DNA of 53,508 nt, taken from the NCBI GenBank assembly GCA_027593235.1, contig JAQCIU010000021.1:1-53508 (forward strand), in the 5' to 3' direction. A program made the position numbers and the translations under genes. Below, piece after piece: positions 30,279-38,872 of the stretch; within the stretch, counting starts at the first letter, position 1, and every line of letters starts with the position of its first letter. A model generated the notes under the pieces. It was not told where the DNA came from, ran no database searches, and saw only the letters and a program-made list of their open reading frames with translations. This stretch comes from Chloroflexota bacterium (GTDB lineage: Bacteria > Chloroflexota > Dehalococcoidia > UBA2979).

Positions 30279-31366
30279 CGAAGCTGTACCTCCGTCGGCG
30301 CCTGGACCGGCAGGAACGCGACCTCACGCAGGCGGCGCGCCGTGTCGCTGCCGCGCATGTAGCCCCGCCCGCCGACCGTCTTCGACTCCAGCGCCACCGC
30401 CTCGACCGCGAGCCGCCCCCAGTCGAGCCGCAACTGCAGCACGTCGTTGGTCGCGAGGCTGCGGCGGTCCTCGGTACTCGCGTAGCGGCGTAGCCGCTCG
30501 ACCGCCGAGTCGTAGCGCTCCTCGAGGGCTGCGAAGTCCTCGAGGAGCACCTCGCGCGGACCCGTCATCCCCGGCCGCGCCTCGCTCAGCGCGCGCTCGG
30601 TGATCCCCCAGCAGAACGAGCACTGGATCAGAATGAAGGTCGCGAACACCCGCTCGAAGAAGCTGGGGAAGTCCTCGGTCAGCACCATCGAGGCGTCGAT
30701 CCGCGCGTCCTCGAAGAACGGTGACGTCGAGTTGGTCGCCTGCAACGCCAGCAGATCCGGGTAGCCCGAGTCGCGGAAGCCCAGCGTGTCCTCGGTGTAG
30801 GCGAACACCACGCGGTCCGAGGGGTCGGTCTCATTCGCCGCTGCGACAACCGACACGAACGGCGCGCGCACGTTGCTCGCCCACGCGATCCGCCCGTTCG
30901 CGATGAGCCCGTCCCCGGCACGTCGGAACGTCACCGGCAGCGGCACGTCTCCGAGGTAGTTGGCCGTCGCCGATGCGAACGAGGTCGAGCCCAGCACCTC
31001 GCCGCTGCGCAGCCGCGGCAGCAGCGTCTCGCGCAACTCGCAGCCGCCGTCCGACTGGTTCAGGTACTCGATGCCCATGCGGTGACACCAGATGGCAAAC
31101 GCCTGGCTCATGTCGAAGCGGGCGACCGCCGCCGTCAGCTCCGCCATCCGCTCCAGCGGCCCGGTCTCGGGCCGCCCGTACACGCCAACCTCGATCAGCC
31201 CGCACTCCCCGAGGAAGGCGAGTCCATCGCGCAGCGAAGCGCGGTCCGCGTCCACCTCGGCGGCGCGCGGCTCGAAGTACGCGCGCAAGCGCTCGAGGAG
31301 CGCCGGATCGTCGCGCAGCGGCGAGTCTCCAAGCACCGAGGCCGTCCGAGGCGAGGCGGTCGTCAT
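30254..31366 (-). CDS. Acyl-CoA dehydrogenase-fold flavoprotein (possible group D monooxygenase)
   Basis: ACAD-like layout: DMSQAFAIWCH, NGRIAWASN, GGRGY, ARRLRE. Confidence 0.8.
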   Translation of the reverse strand: MTTASPRTASVLGDSPLRDDPALLERLRAYFEPRAAEVDADRASLRDGLAFLGECGLIEVGVYGRPETGPLERMAELTAAVARFDMSQAFAIWCHRMGIEYLNQSDGGCELRETLLPRLRSGEVLGSTSFASATANYLGDVPLPVTFRRAGDGLIANGRIAWASNVRAPFVSVVAAANETDPSDRVVFAYTEDTLGFRDSGYPDLLALQATNSTSPFFEDARIDASMVLTEDFPSFFERVFATFILIQCSFCWGITERALSEARPGMTGPREVLLEDFAALEERYDSAVERLRRYASTEDRRSLATNDVLQLRLDWGRLAVEAVALESKTVGGRGYMRGSDTARRLREVAFLPVQAPTEVQLRWLLSRSA

Positions 31367-31369
31367 CTG

Positions 31370-31897
31370 CTAGTCGCCGATGCGGGTCAGGCGGTCGATC
31401 GGCGTGCTGACCGCGTCGCGAGCGCGGCGCACCGCGGCCTCGTCGGGCGCGTCGTATAAGCAGAGGCACTTGATCGCGTCCTGCCGCACGTAGGTGCGCA
31501 TGAACGTGGTCTCCGGCACCTGCTCGTAGAGGTGCGCCTTCGACTTCTTGGTCGTCAGGTACTGGTCGAGCCCGATCTCCGCCGGGATATCCCACTCCAC
31601 CAGATAGTTCGCCGGGCCTCGGTGGGCCTTCACCTCGTCGAGCGTCGGCCCGACGAGCTGCACCGGAACCACGGCTTCGAACTCCAGCCCGCCATGCCGC
31701 AGCAGCCCCTCGAGGATGTCGGCGTTGTGGTGCTCGATGATCCCGTACACGACGCCGAGGTCGCGGCCGTACTGCACCTCGATCAATTCGCCTTTCGCCT
31801 CGGTGGTCGCTGCCGCGATCTGGTCGAACAGCGGCTGGACGTCGGCCTGCGACGCCTCCTTGGGCGAGGGGACTTCGATCAGGAAGAGGTCGGTCAT
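31370..31897 (-). CDS. DUF4242 domain protein (two ferredoxin-like halves)
   Basis: YLVEWDIP...RTYV...KCLCLYDAPDEAAVRRA. Confidence 0.8.
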   Translation of the reverse strand: MTDLFLIEVPSPKEASQADVQPLFDQIAAATTEAKGELIEVQYGRDLGVVYGIIEHHNADILEGLLRHGGLEFEAVVPVQLVGPTLDEVKAHRGPANYLVEWDIPAEIGLDQYLTTKKSKAHLYEQVPETTFMRTYVRQDAIKCLCLYDAPDEAAVRRARDAVSTPIDRLTRIGD

Positions 31898-31932
31898 TCG
31901 GTCCGGCTCCCGTTCATCTCGGTATTCACGTT

Positions 31933-31957
31933 TAACTTGAGTGATTTAGTCGTGAAA
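31933..31957. promoter_or_regulatory. Rrf2-family (IscR type 1/CymR-like) operator
   Basis: TAACTTGAGTGATTTAGTCGTGAAA resembles the IscR type-1 motif ATASYYGACTRWWWYAGTCRRSTAT; lies just downstream of the -10 box. Confidence 0.6.
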
Positions 31958-31959
31958 TA

Positions 31960-31987
31960 ACTATAGGGGGTCCGACCCAGCGGTCAA
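31960..31987 (-). promoter_or_regulatory. Sigma70-type promoter of the DUF4242 operon
   Basis: TTGACC-N16-TATAGT on the minus strand in an AT-rich patch. Confidence 0.7.
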
Positions 31988-32158
31988 GGCGACGGCGATC
32001 ACCCGCTTCCGGGTGCCGCTGCAGACCGGCAGGTGCCCCGATACGGGACGGTAACCAGTCTCTGGGTAGAATCAGGGCCTCGTAGGTGACCCTGACTGCC
32101 GCAAGCGTCGCCGTACCCGCGGCGTCGCCCAGGCGACCGGCACGAAACTGAGGACCCT

Positions 32159-33682
32159 GTGACTGACACCACTGCGACCGAGGCCGATGCCGATCATTCT
32201 CGGACCGGCGTTCACCCGATGGACCCGATCTTTCATCCCCGGGGCATCGCCATCGTCGGCGTGCCCTCCGGCGGGGGCGGCGGCATGGGCGGCGGGTTCC
32301 TCTCCGCGCTCGTCGAACTGAACTTCGGTGAGAACCACGGGCTCTACCCCGTGAACCCCAAGGCCGAGGAGATCGACGGACTCCGCTGCTACCCGTCCCT
32401 CCTGGACACGCCGGATCCCGTTGACCACGTCATCTCGATGGTTCCCGCCCGCGTCGTGCCGATGCTGGTCGACCAGTGCATCGAGAAGGGCGTGCGCTCA
32501 CTGCACATGTTCACCGCCGGGTTCGCCGAGACCGGCGACCCTGAACTGGTGGCGCAGGAGCGGGCACTGATCAAGAAGCTCACCGACGCCGGCATCCGCG
32601 CGATCGGCCCCAACTGCATGGGCCTCTACGTTCCCGAGGAACGCGTCGCCTTCATGAACGGCTTCCCCAGCGAGCCCGGCAACGTCTTCTTCCTCTCGCA
32701 GTCCGGCGCCAACGCCGGCGACATCGTGCACGGCCTCGCCCGCCGAGGTGTGCGGTTCTCCAAGGGCGTCTCCTTCGGGAACGGCGCCGATGTCAAAGCG
32801 CACCACCTGCTCGACTACGCCGCATCCGACCCGCAGACCGAGGTCGTCGTCGGTTACATGGAGGGCGTCCAGGAAGGCCGTCAGTTCTTCGAGGCGCTGA
32901 AGCGCTGCGCCGCCGTGAAGCCGACGATCATTCTCAAGGGCGGCATCCACGCCGCTGGCGCCCGTGCCGCCAACTCTCACACCGGCTCGCTGGCCGGATC
33001 GATCGAGGTCTTCGAATCCGCCTGCCGCCAGGCAGGCGCGATGCGCGCCGAGACGATGGACGACCTGCACGACCTCACGGTCGCGCTCACGACGAGCGCG
33101 CGGAAGGTCACCGGTACTGGCGTTGTGCTCGTGTCGGGTGGCGGCGGCTACGTCGTGCTCGCCTCGGACGCGATTGCCTCCGCCGGCCTCGACGTCCCGC
33201 CCATGCCTGCCGAGACCGTCGCTGAACTCCGCGAGTTCATCCCGGTCGCCGGGACCAGCGTCAACAACCCGATCGACACCAACGTCCGCGGTGAAGACGA
33301 GATGAAGCGCACGCTCGACATCGTCGCCCGCGCCGCGCCGACCGACGTGGTCTTCGCCAACGCCGGCGGCGGCGACTGGGGCCCGCGCGACGACGACGAG
33401 GAGAGCCTCCCCCGCGAGGAGCGCATCGAGCGCGCCGAGGAAGCCTCTCGCAAGGCGGCAGGCATGCTCGCCGATCTGCAGGAGAGCACCGGCACCCCCT
33501 TCGTCGCGATCGACCGAGGACGCAGCAGCAGCGACATCGCCGCGAAGGCGAGCGAGGCGTACGGCCTCGAGGCCTACCAGCGAGGCGTAGCGATGTTCCC
33601 GTCAGTGGCACGCGCCGCACGTGCGATCGGCCAGGTCAACACCTGGCGCGCCCGCCGCGACGGCCTACCCGAGCTGTTCTAA
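32159..33682 (+). CDS. NDP-forming acyl-CoA synthetase alpha-type subunit (CoA-binding, no ATP-grasp domain)
   Basis: YPVNP, AGFAE, GPNCMG, SQSG, SFGN, SHTGSLAG phospho-His motif, NNPID. Confidence 0.9.
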   Translation: MTDTTATEADADHSRTGVHPMDPIFHPRGIAIVGVPSGGGGGMGGGFLSALVELNFGENHGLYPVNPKAEEIDGLRCYPSLLDTPDPVDHVISMVPARVVPMLVDQCIEKGVRSLHMFTAGFAETGDPELVAQERALIKKLTDAGIRAIGPNCMGLYVPEERVAFMNGFPSEPGNVFFLSQSGANAGDIVHGLARRGVRFSKGVSFGNGADVKAHHLLDYAASDPQTEVVVGYMEGVQEGRQFFEALKRCAAVKPTIILKGGIHAAGARAANSHTGSLAGSIEVFESACRQAGAMRAETMDDLHDLTVALTTSARKVTGTGVVLVSGGGGYVVLASDAIASAGLDVPPMPAETVAELREFIPVAGTSVNNPIDTNVRGEDEMKRTLDIVARAAPTDVVFANAGGGDWGPRDDDEESLPREERIERAEEASRKAAGMLADLQESTGTPFVAIDRGRSSSDIAAKASEAYGLEAYQRGVAMFPSVARAARAIGQVNTWRARRDGLPELF

Positions 33683-33775
33683 GTCACGCGAGGGCCTACC
33701 CGAGCTGTTCTAAGTCACGCGAGGGCCTACCCGAGCTGTTCTAAGTCGCGCGAGGGCCTGCCCGAGCTGTTCTAG
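33662..33775. repeat. About 3.7 tandem 31-bp units GGCCTACCCGAGCTGTTCTAAGTCACGCGAG copying the 3' end of the upstream gene
   Basis: Units at 33662, 33693, 33724 and a partial unit at 33755. Confidence 0.95.
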
Positions 33776-33808
33776 AACGCGCCCCGGCGGGCACCTCACG
33801 ACAACGAC

Positions 33809-33838
33809 AGGCCCGCCTGTCCGTGGACAGGCGGGCCT
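33809..33838. terminator. Strong hairpin between convergent genes, probable terminator
   Basis: Perfect 14-bp inverted repeat AGGCCCGCCTGTCC-GT-GGACAGGCGGGCCT. Confidence 0.7.
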
Positions 33839-33850
33839 TCGCGTCGTTCC

Positions 33851-36800
33851 TCAGGCGGCTGCTGCCGTCTGGTGTTGCAGGTTACGCAGCTCACGCAGCG
33901 CCACCGACAGGTGCGACAGGTCCGTGCCGCTCAGGCCGCGGATCCCCGCGATCAGGTCGCGGCACCGCACCAGCGCGTCGCCGTTGTCGACCATCCACTG
34001 ATCGACCGCCGCACCGGCATCCTCGGCGCCGATCGCGCCTGCCACCACGTCGGCAGTGAGCAGCGCGTGCTCGCGGAACAGGTCATCGCGCAACGCCGAA
34101 CGGGCCAGCGTCTGCCAGCGGTCACCCCGCTGCAGCCGCACGATCCGCTGGCGCAGCCAGTCGATGCCCAGCCCCTCGTCGAGGAGGAAGTACACCTCCG
34201 CGACGTGCCGGATCGGTGCGCCGGTCTGTTGTGCCACGTTCACGATGTCCAGCGCCGAGACCATGAACGGCAGCCCGGCGACCCGCCGTGCGACCTCCAC
34301 CGGCACCTCGCCCATCGTCAGCGCGTCCGTGGAGCGTTGCAGCTCCTCGGCGACCGGACCGCGCACCAGCTCCGGCAACGCCTCCGCGACGATCCCGGCG
34401 GCCTCGCGGAACATCGCCACCGTCGCCGCCACGTCCAGCGGTGGGCGGCGGTTCCGGAGGAACCAGCGCGTTCCACGCTCCGCCAGCCGGCGGCTCTCCA
34501 GCAGCATCATCGTCTGCGTGCCGGAGCGGACCTTGCCGTCCAGCTCGCCGATGGCTGCCCACAACGAGGACATGTCGAACGTCTGCCACGCCACCTGGTG
34601 CGCTCGCACGATCTCCGCGACGGAAGCCGAAGTCTCGTCCTCCATTCGGTGCACCATCGAGAGCCCGGCGCGACTGACGATGTGGTTGGTCATCGTCGTC
34701 GCGATCAGCTCGCGGCGCAGCGGGTGCGTGTCAATGTGCTCCGGGAAGCGCGCTCGCAGCGCCTTCGGGAAGTACTCGTGCAACGGCCCGCGGAACCACT
34801 CGTCATCCGGCAGATCGGACGCCAACAGCGATCGATAGATGTACAGCTTGGTGTACGCCATCAACGTCGCCAGCTCGGGCTGCGTGAGCCCGGCGTTTGC
34901 CGCTCGCCGCTCCGCCAACACTTCCTCGGACGGCAACCCCTCGAGGGCCCGGTTCAGGCCGACCGAGGTCTCCAGCCCGTGCATCTGCAAGCCGTGCACA
35001 TCGATCATCTGGTGCGCCTGCACAAACGCGTTAGAAAGCGTCCCGGACTGGTCGTAGTTGTTCTGCAGAACCGCCGCCGCCACCTCCGGCGCCATCTCCT
35101 TCAGCAGCTCGTCGCGCTGCTTCGCGGTCAGATCACCGTCCCGGATCACCCTGTCCAACAGGATCTTGATGTTCACCTCGTGGTCAGAGGTGTCCACCCC
35201 CGCCGAGTTGTCGATGAAGTCCGCGTAGACCCGGCCACTGCGTAGCGCGAACTCGATCCGCGAGGCGTGCGTGAAGCCCAGGTTCCCGCCCTCGCCGATC
35301 ACCCGGCAACGCAGCTCGGTTGCGTTGATGCGAACGGCGTCACTCGCCCGGTCGCCGGCATCTGAGTCGGTCTGCGTCGAAGCCTTCAGGTAGGTGCCGA
35401 TGCCGCCGTTCCAGAGCAGGTCCACCGGCGCTTTCAGGATCACCGAGATCAGCGCGTTCGGCGTCAGGCTCGTCTCCGTCGTCCCCAGCGCCGCGCGCAC
35501 CTCCTCGGAGAGCGGAATCGACTTCAGCGATCGCGGGTACACCCCGCCGCCCGCCGAGATCAGCGACCGGTCGTAGTCGTCCCACGAGGACCGCGGCACC
35601 TCGAACAGCCGCTGGCGCTCGACCAGCGACGATGCCGAATCGGGGTTCGGGTCCAGGAAGATGTGTCGGTGATCGAAGGCGGCGACCAGCTTGATCATCG
35701 GTGAAAGCAGCATGCCGTTCCCGAAGACGTCACCGGACATGTCGCCGATCCCGGCGACCGTGAACGGCTGCGTCTGAATGTCGACGCCCAGTTCGCGGAA
35801 GTGACGTTTCACCGACTCCCACGCACCGCGCGCGGTGATCCCCATCGCCTTGTGGTCGTATCCGCTCGAGCCGCCGGACGCGAATGCATCCCCCAGCCAG
35901 TACCCACGCTCGAGGGCAATCTCGTTCGCGAGGTCGGAGAACGTCGCCGTCCCCTTGTCCGCGGCGACCACCAGGTATGGGTCGTCGCCATCGATGCGCA
36001 CCATGTCCCTCGGCGGCACCACCTCGTCGTTCACCAGGTTGTCGGTCAGGTCCAGCAGCGACGAGATGAACAGCCGGTAGCAGGCCGCGACCTCGGTGCG
36101 CAGCTCTTCGGGGTCGGTCGGAGGCTGGCGCAGCACGAAGCCGCCCTTCGCGCCGACCGGCACGATCACCGCGTTCTTCGCCATCTGTGCCTTCACCAGG
36201 CCCAGCACCTCGGTGCGGTAGTCCTCGCGACGGTCCGACCAGCGGATCCCGCCGCGCGCGACGCTGCCCGCGCGCAGGTGCACGCCCTCGACGCGTGCCG
36301 CAAACACGAAGATCTCGAACTCCGGTCGCGGCTGCGGTACCTCCGGGATCGACGCCGCGTCCAACTTCATCGCCAGCGTCGGCAGGTACTCGCCCGCCGC
36401 GTCACGCTGGTAGTAGTTCGTCCGCAGCGTCGCCATCACCAACGACAGCAGCAGCCGCAGGATCTGGTCCTCCTCAAGGCTTGCCACGTCGGCGAGCTGC
36501 TGCTCGATCGGTGACATGTCAACGGCGCCGCCGTTCCCGCGCGGATCGTGCCGCTGCTCGAACAGCTCGACCAGCGCCCGTGCGATCGACGCGTTCGCGA
36601 CCAGCGTGTCCGCCATGTAGCTATCGCTGAAGCGCGTGCCAATCTGGCGTGCGTAGTGCGAGAACGCGCGCAGCACCGTCACCTGGCGCCACGTCAGACC
36701 GGAGTTCACCACCAGCCGGTTCAGCGAATCGTTGTCTGCGTCGCCGCGCCATGACGCCGAGAATGCGTCCTCGAACAGCGTTCGGAGCTGCTCCGGATCC

Positions 36801-38647
36801 TGATCCTCCACGCTCGCCGGAAGGCGCAGCCCGAAGTCGTAGATCCAGAACGTGTCGTTCCCCCGCCGCACGTGTTGCGGGTGCTCCTCGATCACCTCGA
36901 CGCCGAGGTTGTTCAGGATCGGCATCACGTTCGAAAGCGATACGTGGGTGCCGGCCGTGTACACCTTGAACCGCCACAGCTCGGCGGCTTCCTCGCCGCG
37001 GTGCCGAAGCCGCGTCCGCAGCCCCGTCCGCGCGTCGCTCCCGTCGCCAAGCTGCTCGAGCTGGCGGATGTCGGACACCGCGGTCCGCGTCGTGTAGCCG
37101 TCCTGGTACGAACGCTCGAACGCGCCCACGTAACGAGAGTGAAGCTGGACGCCGCGCTCTTCGCCTTCGGCCTCGATCAGGTCGTCGCGCAGACGGTCCG
37201 CCCAGTCGCGCGTCGCGCGCCGGAGTCGTTCCTCCAGCATCGCCACGTCGGGCGTCTCCACCGGCGTCGCGTGGTGGAGCAGGAAGTGCACGCGCGCCAC
37301 CGGCGCGTCGCTGATCTCAACGGTGAATTCCACCTGGTCAGGCGCGAACGCCTCGACCAGCACGTCTTCGATCCGCAGTCGCTTCTCCGTCGCGTAGTGC
37401 TGGCGCGGCACGTAGGCCAGGCAGGAGTGGAAGCGCCCTCGATCGTCCTCGCGGACGAAGAGGCGTACGCCCGATCGTTCGCCGACTGACAGGATCGAAA
37501 GCCCGGCCGCGGTCAGCTCGGCTACACCCATCTGGAACAGCTCGTCGCGCGGGTACCGCTCCAGCGCGGACCGCAGCGCCTGGTAGCCGTGCGATCCGGT
37601 CTGGAACGGGGCGCGCTCCAACACCTCGACGATCTTCTGGCGGAGTACCGGAATCCGCTGCGCCGAGGTGTTGTAGACATCCGCCCCAAACAGCCCCAGC
37701 AGCAACATGCGGCCGGCTGGCCGCGTCGCCGTGGCGGCGCGTTCGATCCAGATCTCGTCGAACCAGACAGGTCGCGCGACGACCGATCGGTCTCGCGACT
37801 TGGTCATGTACAGCGCCGGGTAGGCGCCGCCCAACGGCACCGCCTCTACGGCCGCCAGCCGGCGCTCGGTGCGCAGCACGCCCAGCGCCGTGTCCGGCAC
37901 CGGCTCAAGCGTCTCCGACGACGTTTCATCGAAGTCGATCGCACCGATCAGCACGAAGTGGCGGTCCTCCAGCCACTCGACCAGCGCGCGCTCCTCGCTG
38001 CCCTCGGGCAGCAACTCGGCCCCTGCCGTCGCGCGTCCACGCATCGCCTGCCAGTCGTCGACCGCCAATCGCACCTCGGCAAGCACGCTCTCGAGGTTCG
38101 ACGCGATCTCGCACAGCCGCTCGGAGTCCGTGACGCGGTCGATCTCAATGTGCAGGTACAGCTCGGAGACGCCCTCGGCATCCTCGTCGCGGCTCGATCC
38201 GCAGCTCACCACGTCGCCGTCGCCGTCGCGGGCAACCCGCAGCGTCACGTGGTTCGAAAAGTGGATCCCGAGCCCGTCAACGCCCAGCGCCGCCGTGATC
38301 GAGTCCACCAGGAACGGCAGATCCTCGGCGACCACTTCCACCACGCTGTGGCGGCATTGCCAGCCCGCGTCCTCGTGCGTCGGGCTGTACACCCGCACCC
38401 GCGATTCGTCTGCCATCCGCCCCTGGCCGAACTGCCAGTGAGCAAGCGCTGCGCCGTAGAGATCCGGCAGATCGCGATCGTCCAGTTCGGTCAGCGGTAC
38501 CGCGACGTGGTAGGCGTCCAGGAAGGCCTCGAACGGGCCAGTGGCGCCATCACCGAACCGGTCGCGCGCGCGCGCCGCAAGGTGCTCTTGGAGGGTCGCG
38601 CGACGGCGCGCTTCCTGGTCTCTGCCAATGAACGGTGCCTGGGCCAT
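33851..38647 (-). CDS. Large NAD-specific glutamate dehydrogenase
   Basis: 1598 aa; GGIRWSDR, KNAVIVPVGAKGG, VAADKGTATFSD, GYDHK, GDMSGDVFGNG, DNSAGVDTSDHEVN. Confidence 0.97.
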   Translation of the reverse strand: MAQAPFIGRDQEARRRATLQEHLAARARDRFGDGATGPFEAFLDAYHVAVPLTELDDRDLPDLYGAALAHWQFGQGRMADESRVRVYSPTHEDAGWQCRHSVVEVVAEDLPFLVDSITAALGVDGLGIHFSNHVTLRVARDGDGDVVSCGSSRDEDAEGVSELYLHIEIDRVTDSERLCEIASNLESVLAEVRLAVDDWQAMRGRATAGAELLPEGSEERALVEWLEDRHFVLIGAIDFDETSSETLEPVPDTALGVLRTERRLAAVEAVPLGGAYPALYMTKSRDRSVVARPVWFDEIWIERAATATRPAGRMLLLGLFGADVYNTSAQRIPVLRQKIVEVLERAPFQTGSHGYQALRSALERYPRDELFQMGVAELTAAGLSILSVGERSGVRLFVREDDRGRFHSCLAYVPRQHYATEKRLRIEDVLVEAFAPDQVEFTVEISDAPVARVHFLLHHATPVETPDVAMLEERLRRATRDWADRLRDDLIEAEGEERGVQLHSRYVGAFERSYQDGYTTRTAVSDIRQLEQLGDGSDARTGLRTRLRHRGEEAAELWRFKVYTAGTHVSLSNVMPILNNLGVEVIEEHPQHVRRGNDTFWIYDFGLRLPASVEDQDPEQLRTLFEDAFSASWRGDADNDSLNRLVVNSGLTWRQVTVLRAFSHYARQIGTRFSDSYMADTLVANASIARALVELFEQRHDPRGNGGAVDMSPIEQQLADVASLEEDQILRLLLSLVMATLRTNYYQRDAAGEYLPTLAMKLDAASIPEVPQPRPEFEIFVFAARVEGVHLRAGSVARGGIRWSDRREDYRTEVLGLVKAQMAKNAVIVPVGAKGGFVLRQPPTDPEELRTEVAACYRLFISSLLDLTDNLVNDEVVPPRDMVRIDGDDPYLVVAADKGTATFSDLANEIALERGYWLGDAFASGGSSGYDHKAMGITARGAWESVKRHFRELGVDIQTQPFTVAGIGDMSGDVFGNGMLLSPMIKLVAAFDHRHIFLDPNPDSASSLVERQRLFEVPRSSWDDYDRSLISAGGGVYPRSLKSIPLSEEVRAALGTTETSLTPNALISVILKAPVDLLWNGGIGTYLKASTQTDSDAGDRASDAVRINATELRCRVIGEGGNLGFTHASRIEFALRSGRVYADFIDNSAGVDTSDHEVNIKILLDRVIRDGDLTAKQRDELLKEMAPEVAAAVLQNNYDQSGTLSNAFVQAHQMIDVHGLQMHGLETSVGLNRALEGLPSEEVLAERRAANAGLTQPELATLMAYTKLYIYRSLLASDLPDDEWFRGPLHEYFPKALRARFPEHIDTHPLRRELIATTMTNHIVSRAGLSMVHRMEDETSASVAEIVRAHQVAWQTFDMSSLWAAIGELDGKVRSGTQTMMLLESRRLAERGTRWFLRNRRPPLDVAATVAMFREAAGIVAEALPELVRGPVAEELQRSTDALTMGEVPVEVARRVAGLPFMVSALDIVNVAQQTGAPIRHVAEVYFLLDEGLGIDWLRQRIVRLQRGDRWQTLARSALRDDLFREHALLTADVVAGAIGAEDAGAAVDQWMVDNGDALVRCRDLIAGIRGLSGTDLSHLSVALRELRNLQHQTAAAA

Positions 38648-38872
38648 GGCGGCAGTCCTTCCGGTGTCGGTCGCGCCGACTCCGCGTGATCACGTGGCCG
38701 GCGGCGGAGGGTCCCGCGACCGGCGGATCGGCAAGACACCACGGGCGCAACGCCCGGGATCTCACCGTGACGCGATTAACGGCAGGGACGTTCTGAGGTC
38801 AGATCAGGGCAAACGCTCATGCCGCTGGCGAAGCGTCAGCGGCGACATCGCCGAGACAGCAGCAATCGCCCC

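Noticed and set aside
33662-33775. 31-bp repeats as a CRISPR array
   Set aside because: Units are contiguous with no unique spacers, they copy the gene end, and no cas genes are present
33872-35245. 457-aa antisense ORF inside the GDH gene, and similar long opposite-strand ORFs (8446-9606, 15383-17263, 24685-26133, 45221-46927, 49132-50295)
   Set aside because: Shadow ORFs expected from high-GC codon bias; no recognisable motifs and they lie over well-supported genes
38648-38872. Known riboswitch (glnA or glycine type) upstream of GDH
   Set aside because: Hairpins are present but no consensus I can recognise; needs an Infernal search
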